From NCBI RefSeq assembly GCF_006345805.1, contig NC_043025.1, forward strand, positions 372,001 to 436,000: a stretch of 64,000 nt of DNA. The letters are read 5' to 3'. Position 1 is the first letter of the stretch; every line of letters begins with the position of its first letter. The position numbers and the translations under genes were made by a program. Positions 12,990-26,379 of the stretch are shown piece by piece. This DNA comes from Octopus sinensis (taxonomy: Eukaryota). Under the pieces are notes generated by a model, which saw only the letters and a list, made by a program, of their open reading frames with translations, did no database searches and was not told where the DNA came from.

Positions 12990-13930
12990 TATGTGTCCCC
13001 TAATATTATGATGGTGCTTCTCTCATGAGCGGAGAAATCGCTGGTGTTCAAGCGAGATTGCATGTCACAGCCCCATCTGCAACTTGTGTCAGCATCCACC
13101 AACTGAATCTGACTGGGGTTTACTTCTTAACAAAAACCTAAAGGCTATCGGGTAATCTTTCGTCATATAGCTGCAACTTTACCTGTTTATGGATCGATTC
13201 AGAGTTTATCTATCGATTCAGAGGGTTTACAGGGAAAAAAACAGGAGAACATCCAGTAGATCTTATCCAATATAGGATGGATCAGTCAGCAGGTACCGTG
13301 CTATGCTGTTCATTATGAATTTTCATTTATTATAAACGTTCTCTCTCATTTCAGTGGGTTTATCAAATCATAGGAGAGGCAAATTAAAGACAAGTGCTTC
13401 CATTACGTTTGTCTATGAAAGTTTACGTTTTCGTCTTCTCTAAACAAGTTTTAATACGAATCAAGTCTTTAGCAAAGATATTACAAATTTTCACTCCTGT
13501 GACTACAGAAACAGAACTGATATCCATATGCATTGAACTTCTTGATGTCCAACGAAACTAACCTTTTCTGGCCACCAATTAAATAACAGATCAGGGAAGT
13601 TATTAAGGTCAACCAGCAGACTCGAGAGAAGCCTAATCTGCAAGGCAATCTTAGCATTTGGAGGTCTCAGCGGCTAGTGTGAGCGGCTGAAAATTCAAAC
13701 CACAATTCCTATATTGAACCAGGTTTGCTTAGAGTTCCGACACCGATTTTCGGCTAGAATGGTGATATCATGATGAACCATTCTTATCTTAATCCCTAAA
13801 TTCCCAGATTCTGAATATTGTTTGTCTCAGATTCATAGCAGACGCATTTCAACTCAATTTGGACACCTTGAACACAGTATGCCACTGTGCAAACAGTCTC
13901 ATTGTGTGGATTCATCATAACTTATAGCAG
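12990..13930 (-). mobile_element. Very old RTE-like RT remnant (tentative)
   Basis: Weak collinear similarity (IRMVHHD; NIFAKDLIRIKTCLEKTK; DADTSCR) to RTE-BovB-type RT. Confidence 0.3.
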
Positions 13931-15087
13931 ATACTGCTAACTTTTTATTTATTTTTGACTTTTCAATCACATTGTGAAGTTGACTTCAAATTTGATCTAT
14001 TAATTTAAGACTGAAATTATTATCTATGTAAAATCTTTGCCCGTATTTTTTTAAAACTAAAAATGTCAAGGCTTCAACACACAAATTGGCTCACCATTGC
14101 TCCAGAACATTAATCCTCTAAAATTCGATCTCTGATCACATTTTCTTTATACAAATATTCAAACGAAATATTAACCGTATCGATCTCACCAATCCACAAA
14201 GGCTTGAAAACATCACGTCGATCCCACTCCCATCTCCCCTCTTCACCAAACTATAAACAAAGAATCCAATATTAATCTAAAACTTAACCAATGAAAACAA
14301 AAGGAACATTTTTACGACATTTATGGTCAATATTTCAATTTATGTTTTTCACACCGAAAACTATTTCAACCTTTCGATAACCTGAAAGAAATTGTTGAGC
14401 TGCTGAGTTTCTGAGCGAATGTCTATTAAATTTCGTTTTTCGTATAACTGATTTCCTATTTTCGTTTAACCTGTACTTCACCCTGCAAATAAGTTGCTGA
14501 GGGCAAAATATCGCCCAAAGAGAACATAAAATTCTTATTTTAATTTCACTCTATAATCCTTGATAAAGACAGTTTAGATCAGCCAGCGTAAATAGTTTCT
14601 GAGAGACCAGAGGTAAAACTCAAATTAACAATCATGTTACCTAATATTTTTGGTGCTTTCTTACATTGGAATAGATGTACAATAATTCCCGTAAACTGTT
14701 TACCATATTCTTCAGAAAAGTTTTCGCTGTTGCTTTCCTCAATTTGTTTTTTTCTCTCTTTTTTTTTTTTAGTTTGAATAACAAATCATTTCAATTTTTA
14801 AGAGAAATCAATCGAATGCAATTATTTTATTTCATATATTATTTAGATGATGGGTAAGAAGCGTTAAAGATTCGGTTGACTGCTTCTGGTATTTAGTTAA
14901 GACCTGTTACGTTTTGAGATCAAATGTTGTCCAAGTTAATTTAGTATTTAATTCTTTAAAGGTCGATAAAATAATGCCCCAGTGCTCTATTGGTACTCAG
15001 GTAAATTCAATAATCTTATAAACCTTAAAACGAAAAATATTAGCAACAAATATAAATTAACAAAATATTTATCTGAATTAAATTGAC

Positions 15088-15093
15088 TTTATT
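15088..15093 (-). terminator. Candidate polyadenylation signal AATAAA of the PAN gene
   Basis: ~120 nt after the stop; conserved in the paralog at 42966-42971. Confidence 0.5.
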
Positions 15094-15214
15094 GATAAAG
15101 AAACACACATTTTATCTTATATTTATAGATATAGATAATTATTATTTGATCCTTTGAAGTCTTGCTCACATTTCATTGAGATGTAAATAATTTTCAAGTA
15201 AATTCCATTAAAGT

Positions 15215-15405
15215 TCAGACCAGTTTCTTTAGTAGGCACTTAGTGTTAGTATATGAAAAGGCGGTACATGTAGAAGATACCATACATAAACGTGAACAAC
15301 CCAAGACCGAGCGAGCAACCATTTGGGCCTCGGTTATAAGGTTGTGATATGGATTTGGTTTGAAGGAAAAAGTTGAATAAGCCGTCAAATCATTAATTTC
15401 TTTTT
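15215..15405 (-). CDS. PAN/apple-domain gene, exon 4 (terminal; PAN3)
   Basis: Acceptor TTTTTTTATTGCAG|, phase 1; ...GCSRLCMVSSTCTAFSYTNTKCLLKKLV* fits C-x3-C-x5-C-x2-F-x-Y...C-L. Confidence 0.75.
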
Positions 15406-15824
15406 CTGCAATAAAAAAAGAAAGAGAAATCACAAGAATATAACTATATAAATGAAATTATTTCTCTTCATTGACAATGTACAAGGCAAACAAATAGATA
15501 GGGCCTATTGATTCGATAGATCGATGTTATTAATGTTCCGTTTGGACATCTTTAGGTTAGTGTGAGTAGGGAGTGAGTTCCTGAGTGTTGCATAATCTAG
15601 AAAGGAAGGATTAGGAATAATAATTGATGGGAGATCTGGCTGGTGAAATAGCATGTGTGACTGGAGAGTGAGAAGGGGCTTGTGGCTGGTTATCTCGGTG
15701 GTAGAGTGGTTCTCGTATTACCAGCGAGATGCATTAAGGTATTTCCGAGCAAGTTAGTAATGAAGCGTGTTGTGCTATTTAATGACAGTTAGGATTAATA
15801 TTAACCTATCTACCAGATTTTAAA

Positions 15825-17127
15825 TGAAGATGATGTATTAAACAGTTCCCGGACTAGTTCTGTAGCGCGCCAACAGATGGCAGCACACGGTTGAGTGCGC
15901 AGTAGGAGCTAGCAGTGATGGTGATGAGGCACTGGGATGAGTGATATTGCTGCGTTTACTTTGCAAGATGTGAAATTTTTGATATTGTAAGCTGCAATCT
16001 GCGATTTCGTGATGGGCAGGAGGTTGGAACAAAGAGCCAACGTGGAATTTGGCGTTAAATTTGGTACGACTTCTACAGAGACATTGATTATGCTTTGGCA
16101 AAATTACGGTAACGAGGGAATTGATTTTACGCAATGTTACGAGTGGCACGTGCTCTTCTAAAACAAAATAACATCCCTGGAAGACGAAGAGCGATCTGGA
16201 AGATTTACCACGGGCGTCACCCCAGGAGATTGGAGAAAATTCCTCAACTTGGGAATGATGATCGCCGGAGGACAATCAGCGACATTGATGATGTTGTTGG
16301 TCTGTCGTGTGGATTCGTACAGACAATCTTAACATCTGAACTGGACATCCGGTGTGTCTCTGCCAAGTTTGTCCCTCCTACTGAACAATCAGTAGAAAGA
16401 ACATTGCGTCAATGTCTGTCAAGATGTCAGTCAGCCTGCCGCTGTTGACTGATCCTTCATGTCAAGGATCATTATTGGTAATGAGAGTTGGATCCACAAA
16501 TACGACCCTGAGATGAAGCAGCAATTGTCACAATGGAAAATCCCTTCATCTCCACGACCTAAGACAGCAGGACAGAACCGCAGTTCAATCAAGAGCGTGC
16601 TGATCGTTTTTGTTTTCAACATCTGCATTATTGTGCATCAAGAATTCATCCCCCAGAGCCACACAGTGAATTGGCAGTTCTTACTACGACGTTTTGAGAA
16701 AGGACATTCGGCGAAACGACCGGTTATGCAGATCGCGAAAAACCGGATTCTTCATGGCCACAATGCACCCTGCTACCGAGTTCTCCTCACTCATGAATTT
16801 CTCGCCAAAAACTACACGGTATCGCTTCTACATCATCCCTATTCGTCACATTTAGCCGACTTCCTGCAGACATCCATCTCTTCCCCAAGACTAAAAGGCA
16901 ATCGAAAGGTCGCCATTTTAACACCTTTGTCCTTTTCCTGAACCGAATCGCAGATGGTCCTCGAGTCGCTTAAGGAAAACGACTTTCAGGTCGGATACCA
17001 AAAGTGGCAGGAACGCTGAGACCGGTCTATTTCCGCACAAGTCGACTATTCTGAAGGAGATGATGTGAAAACTTGGACAATTTATTTTTCAATAAACATA
17101 ACGGGAAGTTTTTGGTACCACTTCGTA
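15825..17127 (+). mobile_element. Decayed near-full-length mariner
   Basis: EQRANVEF, AKFVP, IGNESWIHKYDPE, HGHNAP, PYSSHLA; 3' TIR GGGAAGTTTTTGGTACCACTTCGTA. Confidence 0.9.
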
Positions 17128-17885
17128 ATTGTGGATCAGTTTTACTACATCTTTTAAAAAGGCTTATTAATTATTAAATTAATGCTAATCTATTTAACAA
17201 AGAATAAGTAGGACTAATAATGCGATGAAGAAGAAAGCGATATTTATTAATTTCTATATATTTTTTCGGCAAGAACTGGACACAGAAGATCAATGAATAA
17301 AAGATGAACAAGAAACAGAAACAAAGAACGCAAAAAATAAACAATAAAAATTGGTCTTACTGTCAAGAATATAATAAGAGTCGAAAACTCTTATACCACA
17401 TCCCACGGAGTTAATCTTCTCCAGTGTAAGGGACTGGTTAAGGTCATTCCAAAGTTCTGAAATGGAATAAAAGTAAAAAAGACCGTCGTAGTTTTAATGT
17501 TTTCCATGATTTCTTTAATATTAATCAAGGAATTCTAATCTCTTTCATACAATCGACTTTCCTATTTATATAAGACGATTTTATATAAGAAATCATGACT
17601 TTTTAAATATATGTTGTTTTATTTACTATCAGTTATTTCTAGTATTAACACAAGGCCTCATGTATGAAGGGAGGGAACAGACGTTTAGAAAGGTTCTACG
17701 ATGTTACTGGTGTGTTACCGATATATTATTTCATGTGTAATTAGACCGTATTGGAAAAAGAAAACCGATATTCTTCTTTGAGCGTTTGATGACTTATGTA
17801 GAGTATAAATGAATCATTTTTAACGTTGTATGCTATGTTTTAATATAGAAAAATAAACAATACAACACACAAGTCTGTCCTACAC

Positions 17886-18950
17886 ATGATAGCAGACGTT
17901 CGAGGTTACTCCTCAAGTTATCAACGCTTGGGCACTGAACGAGTTTGTGCAAAACACTTGTGTCCTTTGTACTCATCTCAAGCATACTTCAATTCACAAC
18001 GTTTTTATGTGGCGTGTATAGTTTATACCGAGCTAGTAGTGTCTACTAGTAGGACAACCAGGCCCAAAAATCTTTGGAAATTATCTCTGGGCTCCGGCTT
18101 GCAGGTAGAAGGGACCAGCCTGTTGACGTTTGCCGACACCCAGAGTCTTCTCGACAACGCCGTCGCTCTTTCTTTACCACAGTTCGACCGTAGAACGCCA
18201 AACTGGGGTTTCTGTATTGGTTGACTGGCAGAGGGTTGTGAGCGTCTGACTACACTCTAGATGTGTCAGAAAATCTGTCTTAGTCTACGTTTGATCCTGC
18301 TTGACTGTAACACTTCCAAAGAGACGAGCTGCGGAAAAGTGAGTCTGAGAAACGGCGACCACACCTGCTGAGTGCCAATCAAACTCTGGAGGTGTCGCAA
18401 CCGCAGCGCACGACTGCCCATCGTCAGCCAGGGTATGCCCAGTTTTCCATCTAGTAGGTGTCGACAGCAAATGGATCGTATGACGAGTGAAACGTGTGAA
18501 TTCCAAAGAATGCGGAAAGACAGGTGGCAATATATGATGGAAATGGTGTAAGCATTCGCCGCCTCTGTTCCACCTTCCAAGGATAACTTCTTCTCGGCTA
18601 ATTTCTGAGTAAAGTTGGTCACCCTGCTCTTTCCAGAGCTTCTCTACATGGAGATCTGGACGAAACCAGTTACCGAGTAATTTTCCCTACCCGTCCATCC
18701 AGCGCATAATGTTGTTGTTGGACTGATCGACCAACATCTCTAGGCACAGAGCTGCAGAACGAGTTTTGATGACACTGCCTCGTATTCCCGTAGAGGTTGC
18801 TGTCAGACTCTGTGACAATGCGTTTAATAAAGTTATAGTCCGAAAATTATCACGAGATTCCCGTTGTTCGGGTTACTTCCCAGCTGTGATACCACTGTCC
18901 TACTCACAGCAATGGGAATTACCCTGTTTTACAGTCATTCCTAGTTAATA
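17886..18950 (-). mobile_element. Tx1/L1-like LINE remnant
   Basis: AEKKLSLEGGTEAANAY...LRLRHL resembles the element at 1-1500. Confidence 0.75.
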
Positions 18951-19379
18951 TTTGTCAAGAGGTCTTCAAAGAAGTGTGGCATGCAAAAGTAAAATTCATA
19001 GGGCAGAACATCGAGACCAAGAGATTTTTTTCTCCAACATCCATTCAGTCAACCGTCAATCCCCGTATTTCAGCAGCCTTATCAGCTCTTGGCAGCACTC
19101 CGCCTACACACACACAGAGACTGGCATGCAGGAATACACACGTAGGTATGTCTGTACGTAAGTATGCATGTATGTATACGTGTATGTATACATGTATGTA
19201 TGTGTGTGCATATATGTGTGTATGTGCATGTATGTATGTACGTATATATGCATGCATGTACGTATATATGTATGTATGTATGCATGTACGTACCTATGTA
19301 TGTCGGCCACAGCCAGACACACAGTGTCCTTTCTCTTCCTTTCATGTGATATCCTGGGTCATCGTCGACAACAACGGAA

Positions 19380-21500
19380 GAACTAATAATGTATAGTATA
19401 ATAAAACCCATCCCAGAAGAAACGGAAGCTCGAAGATAATTAATGGGAAAATGGCAACAGAGGAAAGGCAGACATACTATCGGAACCAGGAAAAGTGAGA
19501 GCACAGAGCAATAAGGCAAAATAGAAGTCCACGGATGAAGAAATCCACGTAGAATTCAGCAGAACTAGGAATGGAAATGAGAAGAACTGAAATATCTTTG
19601 ACTCTGAGGTAAAGGCACCAACTAGATTTTTTTAATTCTGAAACTATCTTGGAAATGGAACACGTTGCCGACAACCGTCTCCTAAAGAAAAAAAAGAAAA
19701 ACACAAACAAATGATGCACGGACACAGTTCTATAGTGAGCAAGAGAACCAAAACCAGTTCTATTCTCAAGAAAAGCATAAAAGACCGATCCCAAACTTCA
19801 TTGTCACCTCTCGAATGAATGACATCGATATTTCACCAAAGGCCAAGCAATCTCTAAGTCGACATTACAATTTCCCTTCCTCATAAGGAGAAACAATCAA
19901 CGAAAACTAACCGAAAGACACCAAAGGAACCTAAATTCCAAAAAAGTCACTGAACAACCACTGACATATACATCAATGTTACCTGGACAAATGATTTGAA
20001 ATTAAGGTCAATAAAAACAGGTCCTGCACGTGAAGTCCACCGTCTCTAGAATTTTTTAGATATCCCCCTGAAGCCATTTCTCAAGTATATCAAAGCTTCG
20101 TAAGAGATGACCTAGATATTCTAAATCATTTCCCGAAAATACTCAACGAATAAACTTCGGTAGTATCTTTCAATGCAGTGAATTTTTATTTAAACTCCTT
20201 TCGCCGCTTGGGAATTGAGGTTATGCAATTCTTTTTGGTTAATAATATAGATGGACTCACCCATCGCATAAAAAGAAGAATTTATAATAGAGCGGCTAAA
20301 ATTTATTTCAGAAAATAATTACTTTACGCTCAATGCCAACATTTTCCGACAAAAAACTGGAACTGTCTGCGTTGCGACCGAAAACAGAACCCGCATTTGC
20401 GAATCTAGTAATTACACTATACTAAATAAAAAAAGAAAACATGAGGAAAATATGGAAACTCTTTCTCCATATACAACAAAAAAAAACTGGAAAAGCTCGA
20501 CGATTGCATCTTTCTTCGGAATGGAAGCTTAAGGAAGCTAAAAGAATTTGAAACACTCTTCAATAAAATTAAGGAAAATATTCAATTCAATATAGAATAT
20601 AGTCATAAACAATCTTCATTTTCGGAATTCCTTATGACGAATGTCTCAACCAAATAGAAATGGACATTTATTATAAACCAACGGACGCCAGACAATATCT
20701 TTCATTCAATTCATGCCATCAGAGGCATACCAGAATGAATGTCCCTTGTAACAAAGCTAAAAGTATTTGTACAATAGTATCTGATACAAACATCCGTGAC
20801 ATAAGACCCCCAAGAACGGAATGATGCATGTCTTGATAGGAATAATTCATATTAAATTCCATAACATGCAGTTACTGAAGAAAGACCGCAAATTAAGCCA
20901 AATCCTCCAGACAAACTATCTTAAAGAGTAATAGACAACTGAAATTAATAACAAAATATTTAACAAAGACCAAACTTCCCACAATAGCGATAAAAGAGAA
21001 AAAGAAGCGTAAAAAATGCGGAAGATTCAAATGTGGTTTATGTTTCAGTCTAAGAGAAGGGACAGAGAACCGTTTAGGCAAGGACAAGTCTTCACATTAA
21101 CAAAAATCTTTATTTCTGCAACTGAAAACTTAATCTAGGCAATAACATTCTCAGGATGTGTGACATTTTACATCGGATAGGCAAAAAACGTTTTAAGGCA
21201 TCGCATGAGCCTTCGTCGATCGGAAATTAAAATACAGGAATACAGAAGATAGGATTCAGTGAATATATAGAAACAGGCGCAAGCAGAAACAACCAAACTT
21301 TACGATGTTTTCTCTCAATGAATTTGGTGGTTATACAATTGAACGGCAATATACCAATGAAGAAATGTCTTTCATAACAAAATACTAAACGAGTCTAATT
21401 CATTTGGCAGAGAAAGGGAGGCAACAACAATCAACGAGAATACTGCAACCCTTATTTGGGTTACTATGGACATTGGGAAAACGTCTTAGAAAATTTTAAA
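19380..21500 (+). mobile_element. Penelope-like element (RT + GIY-YIG), decayed
   Basis: NNYFTLNANIFRQK, EPAFANL, KPTDARQYLSFNSCH, and a downstream GIY-YIG-like remnant. Confidence 0.75.
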
Positions 21501-21753
21501 GTACCACAAAAAACCGTTAGAAGGAAAAACTTTTAAATGCTGAGAAAACCTCTCAGATTTTCTGACAACGATTCACAAAATCTCGGAAAATATCAAAGAA
21601 TCTCAAAAGTGTTTTTGAAAAGTCTCAAAAGTTTTAATGTTCTAAAGTTTCAGAAGATTCAAAAAGATCCTGCATGTCAGACATAGAGGGGGAGATAGAC
21701 TGATAGAGAGGGAGGTAGATTGAGAGGGAAGTAGATATATAGATAAATTATAT

Positions 21754-22440
<687 letters not shown>

Positions 22441-22446
22441 ATATAT

Positions 22447-22504
<58 letters not shown>

Positions 22505-22510
22505 TATATA

Positions 22511-23297
22511 TACGTGGTCTCATCAGTAATTATCCAGACAGTGAAGCCGCTTGGCACAGATTGACCTTGAATACTAATCCGCAGGAGCACTAAGATTTAA
22601 CTCTCTAGCTCTATTCCGCTGTTTGCTGTTTACAGCAGTGTTTAGAAGGAAGGTGTGTAGCGAGTGATTGTCGTATTGACCATGACAGAACCTGCATAAA
22701 ATCTTGACAAAATCTTGGCAATACTGTTCAGAGGCCTCTGTAAAGTTTTCAAAATGGTTCATCGTTCTCGAGGATATCTTGTGCAACTGAAACCGAGTTT
22801 CTTGGCAGACACTCGTCTCATACCCAAATCCCCAGTGATAATGGACTAAACTAAACCGTAACTAATCTACACACATTCTGATAATTCAAGGATGCTGATT
22901 CGACGATTTCCCATCGCAGCTACACGCACATCTGCGATGCTTTCTTCAATTCTGCTGGTTGTGGGTCTCCCAGAACATTCGTCAATATAATATCGATATA
23001 TTTTCGGGCATCTTGCAAACGCCTGAATCACTCATACACTCCTCTACATACACTTACTGAAATTTTTCGTAGGCCTCTGAGCAGGTATCGCTGACAACTT
23101 TTCATGGTCAGTGAGACGATCACACGCTACACATGTTCCTTCCAAGCACTATTGTAAACAGTGGAAGTGAGATAGACGTTAAAATTTAGTGCGTATGCGC
23201 AGCAGAGCTCAAGGCCAACCTTTGCTGGGCGGCTTACTCTGAGTACTTTAGCCTCGTTACTATAACATCAGTCCGGATACTCATGGATCAGACCTAG

Positions 23298-23299
<2 letters not shown>
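22511..23299. mobile_element. Non-autonomous mariner-like element with TIRs
   Basis: TACGTGGTCTCATCAGTAATTATCCAGAC ... GTCCGGATACTCATGGATCAGACCTAGTA; TA flanks; paralog at 49441-49931. Confidence 0.7.
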
Positions 23300-23344
<45 letters not shown>

Positions 23345-23719
23345 CGGAGAGAGAGAGAGAGAGAGTGAGCGAGAGTGAGAGAGAAGACGTGGGGAGAGTG
23401 AGAGAGAGGAGTACAGCTAATTATATACACACGACGGTAAAAAAAGTATATAGATAAGTAGACAGTTAATTAGGTAGATAGGTTAGATAGTTCTATGAAT
23501 AGATGGATACATACATATATCAATCCAAGAACAAGCAATAAAAAACAACGCGAGGACGTGGAACAAGTACTGTGTTATTAGACGCTCAGAAAAGGAAAGA
23601 AAATGAAAGAGGAACTCACACTTCGAGCGGAGCTCTTCATCAAAGATATAGAAAAAGCCCAAAGACTTCCTACACATGTGCGTTGGAGAATGGTCAGTAG
23701 CAAGGTGTTTAACTTGTAG

Positions 23720-24359
23720 TTTGAAGTATGTGTGTGTATGCGTGTATGTATTTGTTGTGTGTGTCTGTGTGTGTGTGTGTGTTTGTGTGTGTGTGTATGC
23801 GTGACGTTGTGTGGGGGGATGTGTCTGTTGTGTAAATGTAAGTTACTCTGTGTGTGTGTGTGCGTGTGAGTGTATGTGCGTGTGTACACGTGTGTATATG
23901 TATGTGCGTGTGTATTTTGTGTGTGCATGTGTGTGTGCGTGTGTATGTTTGTATGTGTGTGAGAACGTTGGGTTGTGTGGGGAAGTATATGTGCGATTTT
24001 TTGCGCGTGTATGTGGGTGAGCGTGTGTATTTGTGTGTAGTTGTGTGTGCGTGTGTATATGTGAGTATATGTAAGCGGGTGTGGATACGTGTATGCGAGG
24101 GGTTGTGAGTGTTAGGTATGTGTGCATTCATGTGCGTGTGTGCGCGTGCGATGGCGTGCGCATGTGCGTGTGTGTGTATGTGCGCCTATATGTGTATGCG
24201 TATATGTATGTGTGTGCGTATATGTATGTTTGTGTATGAGTTTTTGTATCCGTGTGTGCGTAGGGTTGTGTGTGGCGTTTGTGTAGGGGCATATGTGCGT
24301 CCCTGTGTGTATGTGCGTGCGTGTGCTTACGTGCGTGTGTGCGTGTATATGCGTGTGTG
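23720..24359. repeat. GT/GC-rich degenerate dinucleotide tract
   Basis: Direct reading. Confidence 0.9.
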
Positions 24360-25020
24360 TATTAGGTTGTCAAGAAAGTTCTTGCGGTTTTTAGTCTTTA
24401 AATTCAGATGCACATATCTCGGTTCAAACAAAACTTTATTAATTGAATTAGACACCATCAGAATCAACCCACTTTTGCCAAGATTTTTTTATGCCAGTAG
24501 CGTAAAATCCTGTGTTCTGGTGGTGATGAAGTTGTTGAAAGCATGTTTGGCATTGTCTTGGCTTTTGAAGTATTTCTCACATAGGAAGTTGTCGAGATGC
24601 TTGAAAAAGTGGTAGTCGGTAGACGAGAGGTCTGGTGAGTATGGGGGATGAGGCAGAGTTTCGTAACCCAATTTGTTAAACTTCTGCAGGGTCAGCTGTG
24701 CGACGTGCGGCCAAGAGTTGTCGTGGAAAAGAATTGGTCCTTTTCTATTGACAAATGCTGGCTGTGATTATCGGAGTTTCTTATGTATTTCATCCATTTG
24801 CTGAGAGTACATCTCCGCTGTAATGGTTTCGTCTGGATCCAAAAAGCTGTGATGGAGGAGACCGGCCATAGACCATCAAACAGTCACCATGGCCTTCTTT
24901 TGGTACAACTTTGGCTTCGGGAATTGCCGTGGGGCTTCTTCGGCGTCCAACCACTGAGCTGAGCGTCGCCGGTTGTCGTAAAGAATCCACTTTTCATCGC
25001 GTTGATGGTGAGTGAAAGAT
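24360..25020 (-). mobile_element. Hsmar1-like mariner, 3' remnant
   Basis: TIR TTAGGTTGTCAAGAAAGTTCTTGCGGTTTT; GYETLPHPPYSPDLSSTDYHFFKHLDNFL. Confidence 0.85.
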
Positions 25021-25021
25021 A

Positions 25022-25340
25022 GTGTCTAAAGGTGAGGCTTCGTCTCATGATTTTGAAGAGGAGACCAGATCTTTTGGCCAGGATGTCAACCTCCGTGCTG
25101 TAAGCGAGAATGCCCTTCAACTGTATCACTTTTCTTGGCAAGCCTACTGTGAGCTCTCCTACCTGTCTTTTGGTGATCACCTCATCCCATCTACCTTTGG
25201 AGTCAAACAGAGTGACTCACTTGGTCCTTCTCTATTCACATTGGGTATTGGCAATGTTACCAAGATGATAGCCGACCTAGACTTAACTGTCTGGTACCTC
25301 GATGACGCTTGTTTGGAAGGCTCTCCTGACGAGTTGTTTG
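25022..25340 (+). mobile_element. CRE-clade-like RT fragment
   Basis: GVKQSDSLGPSLF...WYLDD; paralog at 50760-51052. Confidence 0.55.
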
Positions 25341-25807
25341 CAACTGGGAGGGCAATGAACGAGGAACTTGGTTGTAGGAACCTTGCATTTGTTGATTGCC
25401 CCTCGTTCTATCGTGGTTCATCCTTCGTCAGCCAGAGGCTATAGCAGAAGACTCCTGCTCGTGTTTCCAAGCAGTGGAACTGAACCCAGAAACATGTCGT
25501 TGGGGAGCAATCTCCTTACCATATAGTCACACATATATAAAACACACATATGCACACGCATACACAAACGCAAACATACACACGCAGACACACATATGTG
25601 AAACATGTGTGATCAATAGTTGTGCATTTGCTTAGTCCATCAATTGACATCTTTTATGGCCAAGTTGCACTCAATCATTTGGTAAAGAGTAAAGGAAACC
25701 ATTTAGGGGTGGCATAACAGTCTAAAGCTTTTCAAGGTGGTACCTCAGTACCGTCTAAATAGACTGGGACTAAAAGTAAAAAAATTATAAAACGAATTTG
25801 CACTTAC

Positions 25808-26038
25808 TTCTATTTATTTCAGTGTAAATGTCACCATCGAGGCGACTCAAACTTGCATGGGTATGGTTATAGGTTGACATGTAGCAAGCTTTCAAATGAA
25901 AGGTGTAGTCAAACGATTGACAGTTTGGTATTGCTTCACAAATGTAGAAACACTGCGTATAATTAACACCATACGTGACACCCAAAGTATTGCCACCAGA
26001 AATGTAACCGTTGTAAACAAAATCCACCGGACATTTTC
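25808..26038 (-). CDS. PAN/apple-domain gene, exon 3 (PAN2)
   Basis: TTTATTCTTTCAG| acceptor, |GTAAGT donor, 231 nt, phase 1-1, open; KCP...QCFYICEAIPNCQSFDY...ACYM. Confidence 0.85.
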
Positions 26039-26164
26039 CTGAAAGAATAAAATATAAATGAACGTTTTGGTTCGGTTTTCGTAATTGCGGTGGGCTGCTT
26101 TTATGGTGAAGTGTTTTATTGATTTAGATTAATGAGAAATAATAAGTATATAAAAATATTGGGT

Positions 26165-26328
26165 AAAGATATAATAATAACGATAATAATGATAATAATA
26201 ATGATAATAATAATGATAATAATAATGATAATAATGATAATAATTATGATAATAATATTAATAATAGTAAAAATAATAATATTAATAATAGTAAAAAAAA
26301 AAAAAAAATAATAATAATAATAATAATG

Positions 26329-26363
<35 letters not shown>

Positions 26364-26365
26364 AC
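26165..26365. repeat. (AAT)n array (Dong target)
   Basis: Direct reading. Confidence 0.95.
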
Positions 26366-26379
26366 ATCCAAAACAAAAT

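Noticed and set aside
15225-15240. Programmed -1 ribosomal frameshift at the PAN3 end
   Set aside because: No canonical X XXY YYZ slippery heptamer or evident downstream pseudoknot; an indel is simpler
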